This document shows, in pieces, positions 49,769 through 59,243 of a stretch of 64,000 nucleotides of DNA. A program made the translations under genes and the position numbers. Within the stretch, counting starts at the first letter, position 1; each line of letters begins with the position of its first letter. A model generated the notes under the pieces. The model was not told where the DNA came from and did not search any database. It saw only the letters and a program-made list of their open reading frames with translations. The stretch is from a virus: IMG/VR virus record IMGVR_UViG_3300028815_000061, positions 7,032-71,031 of that record. The stretch is one strand, 5' to 3'.

Positions 49769-50014
49769 GTGACACCAATGATAATAGAACAATTGACGGT
49801 CGAGATAATACCTATTAAGGATGGGCCAAGCCTAGATCCAAACTATCTGAAGATCAGGGTGGGGACTCATGCCAGCGGAATGAGGTTTTACTACGAGGAT
49901 TACGTAAAGCCTAGCAGCTTCGTAAGTGAATTTGACGTCATGCTAGAGCGCGCAGCCAAGGAAATCAAAAAGATGATCCGCGAGTACAAGGGAAAAGAAA
50001 AAGACTCCCCGTAG
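49769..50014 (+). CDS. Hypothetical protein
   Basis: 81-aa ORF with AGGTGA before ATG 49778, convergent with the capsid gene. Confidence 0.6.
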   Translation: MTPMIIEQLTVEIIPIKDGPSLDPNYLKIRVGTHASGMRFYYEDYVKPSSFVSEFDVMLERAAKEIKKMIREYKGKEKDSP

Positions 50015-50023
50015 GGAGCCTTT
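49993..50023 (-). terminator. Intrinsic terminator after capsid gene
   Basis: AAAGGCTCCC-TACG-GGGAGTCTTT followed by TTCTTTT. Confidence 0.85.
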
Positions 50024-50044
50024 CTCGGAAACATTGCGTGACTC

Positions 50045-51001
50045 TTATAGCCAGGGTGCGTTCTGCACAGGAACTGCAGTCGTCCTTTCGGACACACCAC
50101 CATCGACCCAGTAGTCACTCGCAGGATCAGGATCGCGGAGCGGTATATTGCGTGAATACTTAATGTCCTGGATTTTTCCAGCCAAGTGCGGCGTGCGAAG
50201 AACAACGCGCGGATCGGTCTCTGCTCGCAGCTTGAAGCAAGTATACACAGTTTTCCAACTCCACAAGAACCGGCCAGCATCCGTATACCACGTAGCCATG
50301 CCGGGTACCAGGTTAGATTGAGGAACACCCAGTTTATGATCCAGATACTCCCAATAGAGCACTGGCAAGTTGCCAACAATGGACAATGGCAGGAAGTAAA
50401 CGCTAGAAGCGAATTCGTTAACTGCCAATCCAGTGCCGGACTGATTGTTCTCTTCGACGATACCTGTGTCCAACACAACGTTGTACCTCTTTCCATTCAG
50501 GTCGAGGTAAAGGCCAGCGCGCATAGAATCGCGATCGCGCACGTTTTCACGCGCATCAAGGATGACACGATGTTCGCTACCGGCAAGTGTTGCGTAGTCA
50601 GGCTGCGTGTTGTACTGAATCGGCCACATGGACGATATAGCACGCCACGCCATCGGACGCATAACAATCACATGAGAAACTGGGTCTACGCCGGTATCCA
50701 TGGCCAGGTTATCCAAGTAGTCTGCGACTTCTTCCATCGCTCCTACAAGGTCTGCCCCACCATCTACCGCCTGATAACCAAAGTCCCAAATGGTGCTGTC
50801 GGCCGACGGCATCGGAGCGTTATTCTCAGCATCCGTGTAGCCTGTAGCAACCTGACTATCAATACCAGGGAATTCGACATAGCCTCTACCGGCCGTGTCG
50901 TTAGCACCGGATCCGTCGCCAGCCCACAGGAGTTTGGCGAGCTTGCGCTCGAACCGAACACCCATGGTAATCATTTCGGCCTTTGTCACCATGTCCAGCA
51001 A
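50045..51001 (-). CDS. Major capsid protein, C-terminal part (frameshifted)
   Basis: ERKLAKLLWAGDG....EFPGI and IVMRP HK97-fold-like segments; no SD; follows protease/scaffold. Confidence 0.75.
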   Translation of the reverse strand: MLDMVTKAEMITMGVRFERKLAKLLWAGDGSGANDTAGRGYVEFPGIDSQVATGYTDAENNAPMPSADSTIWDFGYQAVDGGADLVGAMEEVADYLDNLAMDTGVDPVSHVIVMRPMAWRAISSMWPIQYNTQPDYATLAGSEHRVILDARENVRDRDSMRAGLYLDLNGKRYNVVLDTGIVEENNQSGTGLAVNEFASSVYFLPLSIVGNLPVLYWEYLDHKLGVPQSNLVPGMATWYTDAGRFLWSWKTVYTCFKLRAETDPRVVLRTPHLAGKIQDIKYSRNIPLRDPDPASDYWVDGGVSERTTAVPVQNAPWL

Positions 51002-51402
51002 CCCGCCCTACGTATATCTTGTGAACCACGGGCCACACGACCGAACCTGGCGGTCAACGTGCCCGATTTAATATACCCACTGGGAGCGTCATCGCAGGGG
51101 TATATTGGTTCTGAACCAACATCATCGGAGAAGCCTGTCAGCAATCCATACCAGGGGTTTGTGCTTTGACTGGGGAATGCGGGTAGCAATTGGCCCAGGC
51201 CACGAGCACGTACGTGGGTGCTGATTAAGGCTTCATCCAATCCAGGTGTATTGAAGAGTCCACCCGGACCATGAAGCAGTGTACCAGTGTGTGTTTGAAG
51301 TGACGCTTTTTCTTTCTGGTAGTAGTTGTAAAACTGCTTCAGAACTTCCATTGGATCGCGCTCGCCTTGCTCTGCGGCCAGCGCGGGGTTAGCAATATTC
51401 AT
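50986..51402 (-). CDS. Major capsid protein, N-terminal part (frameshifted)
   Basis: Strong SD AGGAG; overlaps the downstream part by 16 nt in another frame. Confidence 0.7.
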   Translation of the reverse strand: MNIANPALAAEQGERDPMEVLKQFYNYYQKEKASLQTHTGTLLHGPGGLFNTPGLDEALISTHVRARGLGQLLPAFPSQSTNPWYGLLTGFSDDVGSEPIYPCDDAPSGYIKSGTLTARFGRVARGSQDIRRAGCWTW

Positions 51403-51425
51403 TATCTAATCTCCTACACTTAATA

Positions 51426-52880
51426 TTATTGGCCGTCTGCTGCACTACGGACACGAACCATTCCACGGGGGTTTGATTGCTGCCTAGTGATCATCTTCGA
51501 GATCATCGGGGCAACACCAGGTACTCGTACCTCTTCAGGCTCCTCGACCTTGGTCTTGTTATACAGCGCTCGATCGTCATTCCCGTGAATACGGGTCTTT
51601 TCTTTACCGATAACTGATCCAACCTCGGTCGCCAGCCAACCAGCCATGGAAGCGATGGGAGTTTCCGCAGCTTTGCGCGCGATCCGCTCCTCATCATTAC
51701 TCTTCAGTTTCGCGATTTGAGCACGCTGATCGTCTAGTTGCTTTTGCAACTCCGCTAGTTGGGCATTGTTTGCTTCCTGGATCTCAGTAACCACTTGTTT
51801 CATGGCTACTGCCATCTCTTTGGCAAACTGCTTGAAATCAGTCGGTACCTGGAATTTGACGGGGTCCATCGCCATACCGGTATCAACCTCTTCCTCGCCC
51901 TCTTCGGAGTCGGTTTCAGCTTCAGACTCATCAACGGCCTCATCTGCAGCGTCGGACTCGTCAACTTCAGTCTCTTCGGTTTCAACCTCTTCAGTTTCTA
52001 CCTCTTCGGTTTCTACCTCTTCAACTTCAGTCTCTTCGACTTGGCTATTTGCCGTTGTTTGCTCGCTCATAGCTTGCATCTCCTTTCTAGGAATTTCTGA
52101 ATCCTCAGCGAATATTTCCAACTCACTTAGCAGTGCATCGAAACGTTCCACTGTCTCTTCACCAAATACTTCAGTCATTCTTTGTGACTTGTGCTTAGGT
52201 ATGTTCATGATTGCCTCTTTCATGGTAATTGAAAATGCAGTACCCCAGTTCGCGGCCTGGTCGAAAGGCAAGGCCGTGAATTCTGTACTGAGGTACTCGT
52301 CTATAATTCGTTCATTGTCTGCGTTTAGCTTCAGGAAACTGGTTGGCATACCATGAGACATACCATGATCTATATCTGTTTCTGCTATAGCCTTAAAAAC
52401 GCTGGAATAGAATTCGCCTTCTTTTTGCTGACCCGCAGCAACCAAGTAGCCACGATCGTCGTAACCAACAAGGTACGAATATCCGATAGATATTGGCAAA
52501 TGCCAGTACCACAAGTCAGGTGTTCCACGCTTACCAATCTCCTTAAACATTTGCCCGACCTTGCCAGGCAAATCGACAAGCCAAGAGTTAAGAACCATTG
52601 GCCCATACTCGCCACTGTCTATCATCTCGACAAAGCGTTTATGAGCCTTGGCCGACACCCATTCAAGATGTTTGTCTATCCAATTATTAGAAACGATACC
52701 AAGCCAATGCCAGATCCCGTTTTTATCCTGCTTGACAGTAAAGCCCCGAATGCCTTTTTCTACATTTGCATTGATAGCACGCATATGGGCCAGGGCCTCC
52801 TCGTGCGTGTCGTGGCACTCAATCACCTTTCCAGAAGGCTCAACCACACACTTACCAGAATCGTCTAGTTTTACAGGCAT
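51426..52880 (-). CDS. Prohead protease-scaffold fusion
   Basis: LWYWH and GMSHG candidate catalytic motifs; acidic (VETEE)n linker and coiled coil; between portal and capsid. Confidence 0.75.
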   Translation of the reverse strand: MPVKLDDSGKCVVEPSGKVIECHDTHEEALAHMRAINANVEKGIRGFTVKQDKNGIWHWLGIVSNNWIDKHLEWVSAKAHKRFVEMIDSGEYGPMVLNSWLVDLPGKVGQMFKEIGKRGTPDLWYWHLPISIGYSYLVGYDDRGYLVAAGQQKEGEFYSSVFKAIAETDIDHGMSHGMPTSFLKLNADNERIIDEYLSTEFTALPFDQAANWGTAFSITMKEAIMNIPKHKSQRMTEVFGEETVERFDALLSELEIFAEDSEIPRKEMQAMSEQTTANSQVEETEVEEVETEEVETEEVETEETEVDESDAADEAVDESEAETDSEEGEEEVDTGMAMDPVKFQVPTDFKQFAKEMAVAMKQVVTEIQEANNAQLAELQKQLDDQRAQIAKLKSNDEERIARKAAETPIASMAGWLATEVGSVIGKEKTRIHGNDDRALYNKTKVEEPEEVRVPGVAPMISKMITRQQSNPRGMVRVRSAADGQ

Positions 52881-52883
52881 AAT

Positions 52884-52952
52884 AAACAAAAAAGGCCCAG
52901 CGACGATTGTCACTAGGCCCTGTCAGAGCGTCTCTAGTTAAAAACTATAGCA
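52884..52952 (-). promoter_or_regulatory. Late promoter + boxA-like element + intrinsic terminator (copy 2)
   Basis: TGCTATAGT, 13 nt, then CGCTCTGAC, an 11-bp stem with two G-U pairs and TTTTTTGTTT. Confidence 0.75.
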
Positions 52953-52969
52953 CATCAAAAAGTCAGGCG

Positions 52970-53329
52970 TCAACCCTCCTCATTCATGGCCATCAATGCC
53001 GCTGCAGTGGTAGAGGTAAATTTGTAGTCTGCCACACGCTTAGGACTAAGCATCAATAGATTATACTTTGCCCGCGTAGCCTCATCTTGCTCTATCTCGA
53101 CAACATCTGGAGGTGCCCAAAGGACAGGCTTGTTACGGTGCACGGAAACACTCAGGGTTAATTTTGCAAACCCGTTATTGTTCTTGCACGCGGCCTGGAG
53201 TGCCTTTATCACTTCTATCCATTCCCAGTGTACATCCTCTGGGACCGGATCATCATGCTTCAGGAATTGTCTCTTCTGATGATTCCTGGTCTGGCCGTTC
53301 TTCTTCTGTGGGTTCTTCGTCTGACTCAT
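52970..53329 (-). CDS. Hypothetical protein (candidate late regulator)
   Basis: Between the portal gene and the late promoter. Confidence 0.55.
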   Translation of the reverse strand: MSQTKNPQKKNGQTRNHQKRQFLKHDDPVPEDVHWEWIEVIKALQAACKNNNGFAKLTLSVSVHRNKPVLWAPPDVVEIEQDEATRAKYNLLMLSPKRVADYKFTSTTAAALMAMNEEG

Positions 53330-54869
53330 CTTCTTGTGCTTCCATTGTCATTTTTTGATATTGGCCTCTTAGCCACTCCAGCGCTGCCAGGGCCTCGCTT
53401 GCCCGGCGCTTCTTGGCCACACTATTACTCATCATTATCCTATAACATTCGGCCATCTGACCATGAATCGCCGCAATGACTGTAGCCGGATCATTTTGCT
53501 CGTACAGAAGGGGTTCTGGTATATCGCCGAATCTCAGTAATTTGGCAATCACCTTGTCGTCTGAGTAGAACAATGTCGCTATTGGCGATCCATCCTCCAA
53601 GAAACCGTCAGCTAATTGCTGGCGTATAAACTCCTCTCTGGAGATTTCGTTATTCTCCATCATAATCCTACGCTGCGCGGCCGCATCAATGATCTCGTAT
53701 TCAGATGTGCGAGCTACTGAGCGCGATCTGATATCACTGATGTTAGCTTGCATCATTTCTTGCTCATCGTCTTGCTCGTAAAACACAGGCTTGATAAATG
53801 GTGGGCACAACTTAAATTCCATTTGCTCTTGCAAATCGGCAATGAAGTCGGCGGGCAAGCGCCCACGTGATTGCATGTTGCTGATCTGATCGCTGGCACG
53901 GCTCCCGGAAACCGGCCAGATATCCTGGATTTTCAATCCCCAGGCATACGCAATCGCGTACATTGCCATCAACGTGCCTGTCTCTTCGTCGAATGGATCG
54001 AAGTTATTCAAGTCATGTGGTGTAACGCCAACCGCCTGCCCGCCTATGTAAACATTCATGCCAAAGTGTTCGAGACCAAGATTATCTTGCAAGGTGTTTG
54101 CTGCCATGAAAGCGGAGATCATTTCCTGCGCAGTAATTCCGTCGCCAACGAATAGCTTTGTGCCCGGCCGTCTACCCATCTTCTCCAGCTTATAGAGAAT
54201 CTGCCCGCTTAACACTTCACCAAGCAAATGGCTCCTGGACACGCTTGATAAGCCAACACCATTTCTACGAGTAAGTCCCATGGTCATCTGAGACATGTAA
54301 ATAACACGGCTAAAATGCAGTTTGTAACGCTTTCCATCATCTGGATGTATGTACCCAACGGGGAATTCCAGGACCCCTGTCCTTCTGCAGCGCATGGATT
54401 CGAGATGCCTGACACCCCACGGCATTCCCATGATCGGGCCATCCTCTGGCCCCTCGCCCATTATCTCCATAAATCCTCCATTATCTGTCACAAGATAATC
54501 TAGGATAAAACGCTTCATAGCCGTGCGAAGGCCCTCGCCACCTTCAGATAAACCACGCACCATCATCTCAAAGGTCTCTGCGCGATCTACTTGGGAGGTG
54601 ACGTTTCTGTCTCGGGCGACAAATTGTAGGGGAATGTTAGCTAGTTTCGTAAGTGCGGTATAAGCCAGGCCAGACAAATGGTTTGACCCGATCATCATCT
54701 GGTAAAGGCGCTTGTCTCTCGACGGACTCCACCAAGGCGGTAAAGAGTCTCCTGTATCTACAAGAGCAATCTCTATTGGATTGCCAACGTCATAAAGACG
54801 TCGGCCGTTTTTACTAAAGTATTTGCTCTGTACCTTTTCCAGATTGTCCAAATATACTGCTGTAGTCAT
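53253..54869 (-). CDS. Portal protein
   Basis: 538 aa after terminase; DYLVTDNGGFMEI, GVGLSSV and IAYAWGL segments typical of portals. Confidence 0.85.
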   Translation of the reverse strand: MTTAVYLDNLEKVQSKYFSKNGRRLYDVGNPIEIALVDTGDSLPPWWSPSRDKRLYQMMIGSNHLSGLAYTALTKLANIPLQFVARDRNVTSQVDRAETFEMMVRGLSEGGEGLRTAMKRFILDYLVTDNGGFMEIMGEGPEDGPIMGMPWGVRHLESMRCRRTGVLEFPVGYIHPDDGKRYKLHFSRVIYMSQMTMGLTRRNGVGLSSVSRSHLLGEVLSGQILYKLEKMGRRPGTKLFVGDGITAQEMISAFMAANTLQDNLGLEHFGMNVYIGGQAVGVTPHDLNNFDPFDEETGTLMAMYAIAYAWGLKIQDIWPVSGSRASDQISNMQSRGRLPADFIADLQEQMEFKLCPPFIKPVFYEQDDEQEMMQANISDIRSRSVARTSEYEIIDAAAQRRIMMENNEISREEFIRQQLADGFLEDGSPIATLFYSDDKVIAKLLRFGDIPEPLLYEQNDPATVIAAIHGQMAECYRIMMSNSVAKKRRASEALAALEWLRGQYQKMTMEAQEDESDEEPTEEERPDQESSEETIPEA

Positions 54870-56295
54870 GGCCTGATTTCCTTAGAAATTCCTGTATCAC
54901 CTTGTCTGATTTCGCTTGAGCTTCAGCCATGACCCTGCGTACTGTTTCCTGGATCTCCTCCATGTCCACGCCCGGTGCCCTGATATCCACCGGTAATGGT
55001 TCACCGTCTGAGATGTATCGGGTAAGATATCGCAAACCATCGAGCCCATGATTAAACGCATCAATTGGCACATTCGGTTTTGTAATATCGTAAACCCAGC
55101 TTCCAAATTCCCATCTCAATTGCTTGCACCTTGGATGTACAATGAGTTTGCGAACTCCATTGGTATCCGCGCCGACCCAGTTGCGGAGTTCGTCAATACC
55201 TTCCTGTATCTTGACCCGGTATGCTGTCCCATTAAAACCGAAACCTTTCAAGTAATTACCTAACGTGGGTGAAGATACATCATGTAAAACATACTCTGGC
55301 GCTGGATAACCTTTCTGATTACACATTCTAATCACCTGGAGTATGTGTGGTTGATATAGTAACTTAACGGCATAGTGCTCGTCAAAAACTGCTAGTTGAC
55401 CGTTCTGTCGTTTCTGCGCCATGACGAATGCGCGGGGACTCGACTTAGCACTAAAGTATCCTGTCTTTGTATCTTGCTCGCCCGCGTAGCCATCGTCGAC
55501 AACCCACACGACTGGCCCACCACCCGGAATATAATCAGCGCTCGGGGTGACATTCCCGGTCCTTGGATCAGGCGATGTAATCTTGTTATACCTGTCCTCC
55601 CAACTATCAATAACAAGACCAACACCGTCAGTCCACTGGCCATCCCACATTCTCGCGCGCGTGATACCACGTTTCCTACTCATTCTCTGCGTGTACTTTT
55701 CCCGATCGATATGAGGATTCATGGTCCAGTCAGAGTAATAGTACGCAGCCTCACCACCAAGAATCAATCGCACGTTTATCCAGTGCATCCTAGTATCTGG
55801 ATTGCATGATAATATAAATTGCTCCCAGTCAGCAGCAGTGCCTCTGATACGTGTATCAGCTAGATCGTAATCTTCTTCCTCAAACTCCGTGGCCTCCTCG
55901 AACCATACCCCGTCTGCACTACCCTTCATGCCAATAGACTTCCAGCCCTCCCTTTCCTTCTTGCCGTGCATACCCTTAAACAACAGCTCAGAAACCTGGC
56001 CATTAGGATGTTCGTACACCACGCGATCCGCCCTTGTATGAAACCAGCAACGAGGCTCGTGCTTGATATGAATGACGTCATCAAGTAACAATGGTATAGT
56101 GGATTGGTCCATGTCACTGCGAACTTTACGGGCAACAACCCAGGTAGCACCCGCGTATTTCAAAAGGAACGCATGCACCTTGTTAGCCGCCAGGTTAGAC
56201 TTTCCCCCACCCGGTTTGCCAGACAACAGCATAACCGGGTTACGATCCAGGAATGGTGCCCATTGCCAATCAGTAGCCTCAAACGGTAGAATCAT
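54814..56295 (-). CDS. terL: Terminase large subunit (PBSX/Terminase_3-like)
   Basis: GKPGGGKS Walker A, WFEEATE Walker B, SCNP coupling motif, HGLDGLRY nuclease motif. Confidence 0.93.
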   Translation of the reverse strand: MILPFEATDWQWAPFLDRNPVMLLSGKPGGGKSNLAANKVHAFLLKYAGATWVVARKVRSDMDQSTIPLLLDDVIHIKHEPRCWFHTRADRVVYEHPNGQVSELLFKGMHGKKEREGWKSIGMKGSADGVWFEEATEFEEEDYDLADTRIRGTAADWEQFILSCNPDTRMHWINVRLILGGEAAYYYSDWTMNPHIDREKYTQRMSRKRGITRARMWDGQWTDGVGLVIDSWEDRYNKITSPDPRTGNVTPSADYIPGGGPVVWVVDDGYAGEQDTKTGYFSAKSSPRAFVMAQKRQNGQLAVFDEHYAVKLLYQPHILQVIRMCNQKGYPAPEYVLHDVSSPTLGNYLKGFGFNGTAYRVKIQEGIDELRNWVGADTNGVRKLIVHPRCKQLRWEFGSWVYDITKPNVPIDAFNHGLDGLRYLTRYISDGEPLPVDIRAPGVDMEEIQETVRRVMAEAQAKSDKVIQEFLRKSGHDYSSIFGQSGKGTEQIL

Positions 56296-56323
56296 GGTAT
56301 AATGTGATTACACAGTGTAATCA
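56295..56323. promoter_or_regulatory. Extended -10 (TGGTATAAT, +) and perfect palindrome TGATTACAC-A-GTGTAATCA
   Basis: -10 at 56298-56303; palindrome at 56305-56323 between divergent starts. Confidence 0.75.
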
Positions 56324-56334
56324 AAGGAGTCATA

Positions 56335-56616
56335 ATGTCTGCACAAACATTTCGTTGTTACGTGGTATACACCAGGGAGCACAAGTGGCGGAATCGAGAC
56401 GGTAAATTCAACAAGAGCATCAGGAAACGAAAGAGTAAATATATTTGGATCACAGCCAACAACAGGGACTCTGCTATCGACCTGGTAACTAAAGCTCATG
56501 TAAAACCTCGTGAAAATGAAGAGGTAGAAAAAATCGTGGCCACGCCCTGGAAAGAGGATCGGGCGCTCCGGGCAATGGGCGCAAAAGAGTTGCCCCTAAG
56601 ATTCGACAAATCATAG
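56335..56616 (+). CDS. Small basic hypothetical protein, divergent from terL
   Basis: Own promoter and SD AAGGAG. Confidence 0.7.
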   Translation: MSAQTFRCYVVYTREHKWRNRDGKFNKSIRKRKSKYIWITANNRDSAIDLVTKAHVKPRENEEVEKIVATPWKEDRALRAMGAKELPLRFDKS

Positions 56617-56847
56617 CAGTTTCGACAACAGGAAGAGGGTGAACAGTGTCATAAAGAACATCGTAAACGCGATGATCCTGTACGAATAAACACGCTGCTT
56701 GCGCAGAAACTCTTTGTTTATCTCCTCCTGCTTTTTCAAGACTAACTCCATAACCCTCTTTTCTGAGTGCATGATCTCACTTATGAACATGTCGCGCACC
56801 TCGTTATCGAGTTCAACTGTCACTTTCATGTCCGGCATTGTCGCCAT
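56611..56847 (-). CDS. Small protein with C-terminal TM
   Basis: IIAFTMFFMTLFTLFLL. Confidence 0.6.
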   Translation of the reverse strand: MATMPDMKVTVELDNEVRDMFISEIMHSEKRVMELVLKKQEEINKEFLRKQRVYSYRIIAFTMFFMTLFTLFLLSKLL

Positions 56848-57529
56848 TTTGTCCCTCTTCTAAATACAAAACCTGGCCGTCAATGATCTCGACCGGCCGT
56901 CCATCCTTCATAATCCTACCATCAATCACCTGGACTGACGGGTCATCCCACATCATTGGCGAAACATTACCATACATCTTGTAGGTAACTTCCTTTTCTT
57001 CATGCACGTCAATCCCGATCTGGTACTTTGTCGTATACATGCCGTGAAGTTTCGCCCGCTTATCCCAACAATCGAGGACAACACGCAGAAACTTCTCATC
57101 ACCGACCTGGCCCTTAATCAGCTTCTCGACTGACTCTGTTGCAAGGATCCGGTCAACGACACTCCCGGTCTTTGGATCGTAGATATCAATGAGCTTCTGC
57201 ACTTCCCTAACCTGTTCGGCCGGATCTTTCGACCGCTCCCACGCGGCCCAGGCCTCGACCTCGACCAGGCGTAGGCGCTCCTCTTGCGCCTGGATATCTG
57301 CGCCTGTTGGCGTCAAGGCCTGTTCATTCCAGACCTCGATATTAGTTTGGTAATCCCGGCGTACAGTTTCGGCCGATAGCGTATAGGGCACGCCATGCCT
57401 ATTGTTTAACTCATTGGCTATCTGTGCAAAAGATAATCCCTTGAGATGGTATTCGGCTACGAGGGCACGATCTCTCGCACGCTCGTGATCATCCCTCTTT
57501 CCCCCGCCCTTTATCTTTCTGGTCGACAT
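56813..57529 (-). CDS. terS: Terminase small subunit
   Basis: N-terminal HTH (GLSFAQIANEL...SAETVRRD); GD.KFL.......RAKLHG; upstream of terL. Confidence 0.75.
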   Translation of the reverse strand: MSTRKIKGGGKRDDHERARDRALVAEYHLKGLSFAQIANELNNRHGVPYTLSAETVRRDYQTNIEVWNEQALTPTGADIQAQEERLRLVEVEAWAAWERSKDPAEQVREVQKLIDIYDPKTGSVVDRILATESVEKLIKGQVGDEKFLRVVLDCWDKRAKLHGMYTTKYQIGIDVHEEKEVTYKMYGNVSPMMWDDPSVQVIDGRIMKDGRPVEIIDGQVLYLEEGQNGDNAGHESDS

Positions 57530-57767
57530 ACTCTTTATTCAACCTCTTGGCGAAGTGATCGCTCACGTTAATCTGGAGCATCACGGCATCATCGTTGTAT
57601 TCTGCAGACACAACAGTCATATGAGCAATGTGCGGCACGCCCACAGTACGCCACTCGATGTACCCAGTCCTTACCGCTGCCTCGGTTAACTCCTCGTGTG
57701 ATTTCACGAAAGCAATGGCAAAGTCGCTAATTTCCTGAACTGCTGTTTTGTGGCCGTTTTTATTCAT
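57489..57767 (-). CDS. Hypothetical protein
   Basis: Packed ORF. Confidence 0.55.
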   Translation of the reverse strand: MNKNGHKTAVQEISDFAIAFVKSHEELTEAAVRTGYIEWRTVGVPHIAHMTVVSAEYNDDAVMLQINVSDHFAKRLNKEYVDQKDKGRGKEG

Positions 57768-57780
57768 GTTCTATCTGCTG

Positions 57781-57972
57781 CTACTTTTTGTTCAAAATCC
57801 TGTCGAACATCTCTTCAAAGGATTTTGCTGGTTCTTCTTTCTTCCTTTCTTCCTCCGCTTTTATTTTTACGAATATTGGGCAATTTTTTTCATGATTCCC
57901 AAAGATGTCTGGATTGCAGTAAAGACAGAAGTACCTATCCATCAATATCCCTCCGGTATGCACACGCGCCAA
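57781..57972 (-). CDS. Small Cys/His protein
   Basis: CLYC...H..NC. Confidence 0.5.
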   Translation of the reverse strand: MARVHTGGILMDRYFCLYCNPDIFGNHEKNCPIFVKIKAEEERKKEEPAKSFEEMFDRILNKK

Positions 57973-58208
57973 ATCTCCAAATCTCTTTTCCGCCTTGCTC
58001 GTAACAACGCAACCGCGTCATTGGTCATTGCTGCTAACCAGGCCTCGTGCTCGTATCTGTGCTGGATTTCGATGATAGCCAGGAGCCTCCTGATAATCTG
58101 CACTCGATACAGGATGTAAAGCGGAAAGACAATCGCTAGTAGACATAATGCAATATCAATCATCCCTATCCCCACAATCATGTATTGGCTTAGAAATATC
58201 GACGTCAA
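57942..58208 (-). CDS. Small membrane protein
   Basis: N-terminal hydrophobic helix. Confidence 0.5.
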   Translation of the reverse strand: MTSIFLSQYMIVGIGMIDIALCLLAIVFPLYILYRVQIIRRLLAIIEIQHRYEHEAWLAAMTNDAVALLRARRKRDLEIWRVCIPEGY

Positions 58209-58434
58209 TAAACCCGGATGCGATCAACTCATCAAGTCCGGGAAACTCATCGGTTTTTCCAGTGCCGTACCAGATAGCCACAGGCCCATAATTGGCTTGT
58301 GCATAGCCTGAAATATCATAGCCATGTTTATTCACGACCTCGCGAATATCTTCCAGTAACTCCTCGAACTCCGCTTTTGTCCTGGTTTCCCCAGTCTCGT
58401 CTGAGAACTCAAACCATAAATCAGCCACCTTCAA
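58156..58434 (-). CDS. Hypothetical acidic protein
   Basis: SD GGAGG, TTG start. Confidence 0.6.
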   Translation of the reverse strand: MKVADLWFEFSDETGETRTKAEFEELLEDIREVVNKHGYDISGYAQANYGPVAIWYGTGKTDEFPGLDELIASGFIDVDISKPIHDCGDRDD

Positions 58435-58861
58435 CCTCCGTGAACGTACCGACTAAGCCGATTGAGATTGAGGAGACCTGCCTGATCGCGCCATGCCCCA
58501 GGTAGATTGGATCATGCTCATCATGGATGAAAGCTGTAATGTGCCTCTTCTCGCCTCTTGTGGCAAAGATAGGCGTCCATCTCTTTGTCTCCCCGCATAG
58601 ATGACAGGGAAACGGACGGTTAGCCAAAACCTCAATGCCCCTCCAGCTAACATCCTTGAAAGCAAATACCTCGAAAGTTTTCAGGCACTCTGGATCATCC
58701 CACCCCTCCCCAAGCCAGACATCGTACATCCGGTCAAGTGGGGGTTTCGTGTCCTCCCAGATCCGCTCAATCTCTTCGTCGAAGTTTGGTTCATGCGTAT
58801 CCATAATGTGCCTACCTCCACAACTATCATAGCAGATAATAAACTGAAACTCAACGATCAC
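58421..58861 (-). CDS. Hypothetical protein
   Basis: Probable start near 58804 with SD GGAGG. Confidence 0.6.
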   Translation of the reverse strand: MIVEFQFIICYDSCGGRHIMDTHEPNFDEEIERIWEDTKPPLDRMYDVWLGEGWDDPECLKTFEVFAFKDVSWRGIEVLANRPFPCHLCGETKRWTPIFATRGEKRHITAFIHDEHDPIYLGHGAIRQVSSISIGLVGTFTEVEGG

Positions 58862-59243
58862 ACTATGAAAGCGGTACCCAGTACAAAAGTACCCTTTAAG
58901 TTTTTATAAAGTGTGCTACCATATCTCAGGCCAAATGACCTCGTGCCCGGTTCCGTCGTGCCCTCCCGGATGTAGCCGGGCACACCCTTTTCTGCTACAA
59001 TCCCATTGCGCTATACGGTACAATGCCGTCACTGGCATTTTTTACTCCGTTGGGTGCGGGTTGTGCAGCCCGCACCCACCTCCATCTAGTTGCATCCACC
59101 CGCTTAACTGGCTACACTTATCCCGTCACTTGATCGACGTGGCGGGTCTGGCAAACAACAAGTTCCTCAATCCCCCGTTGTTTGTCATCCTCTCCAAACT
59201 GGCACCCCGCCACGTCATTCTTCTTCATAGTTGTGTGCAAAAA

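Noticed and set aside
50986-51010. Stop-codon reassignment explaining the split capsid
   Set aside because: The two halves are in different frames, and all three stop codons end ordinary genes elsewhere in the window
50186-51169. 327-aa + strand ORF spanning the capsid break
   Set aside because: Antisense to the capsid gene with atypical composition and no motifs
51960-52040. 15-bp tandem repeats in the protease gene as a regulatory array
   Set aside because: They encode the acidic (VETEE)n scaffold linker
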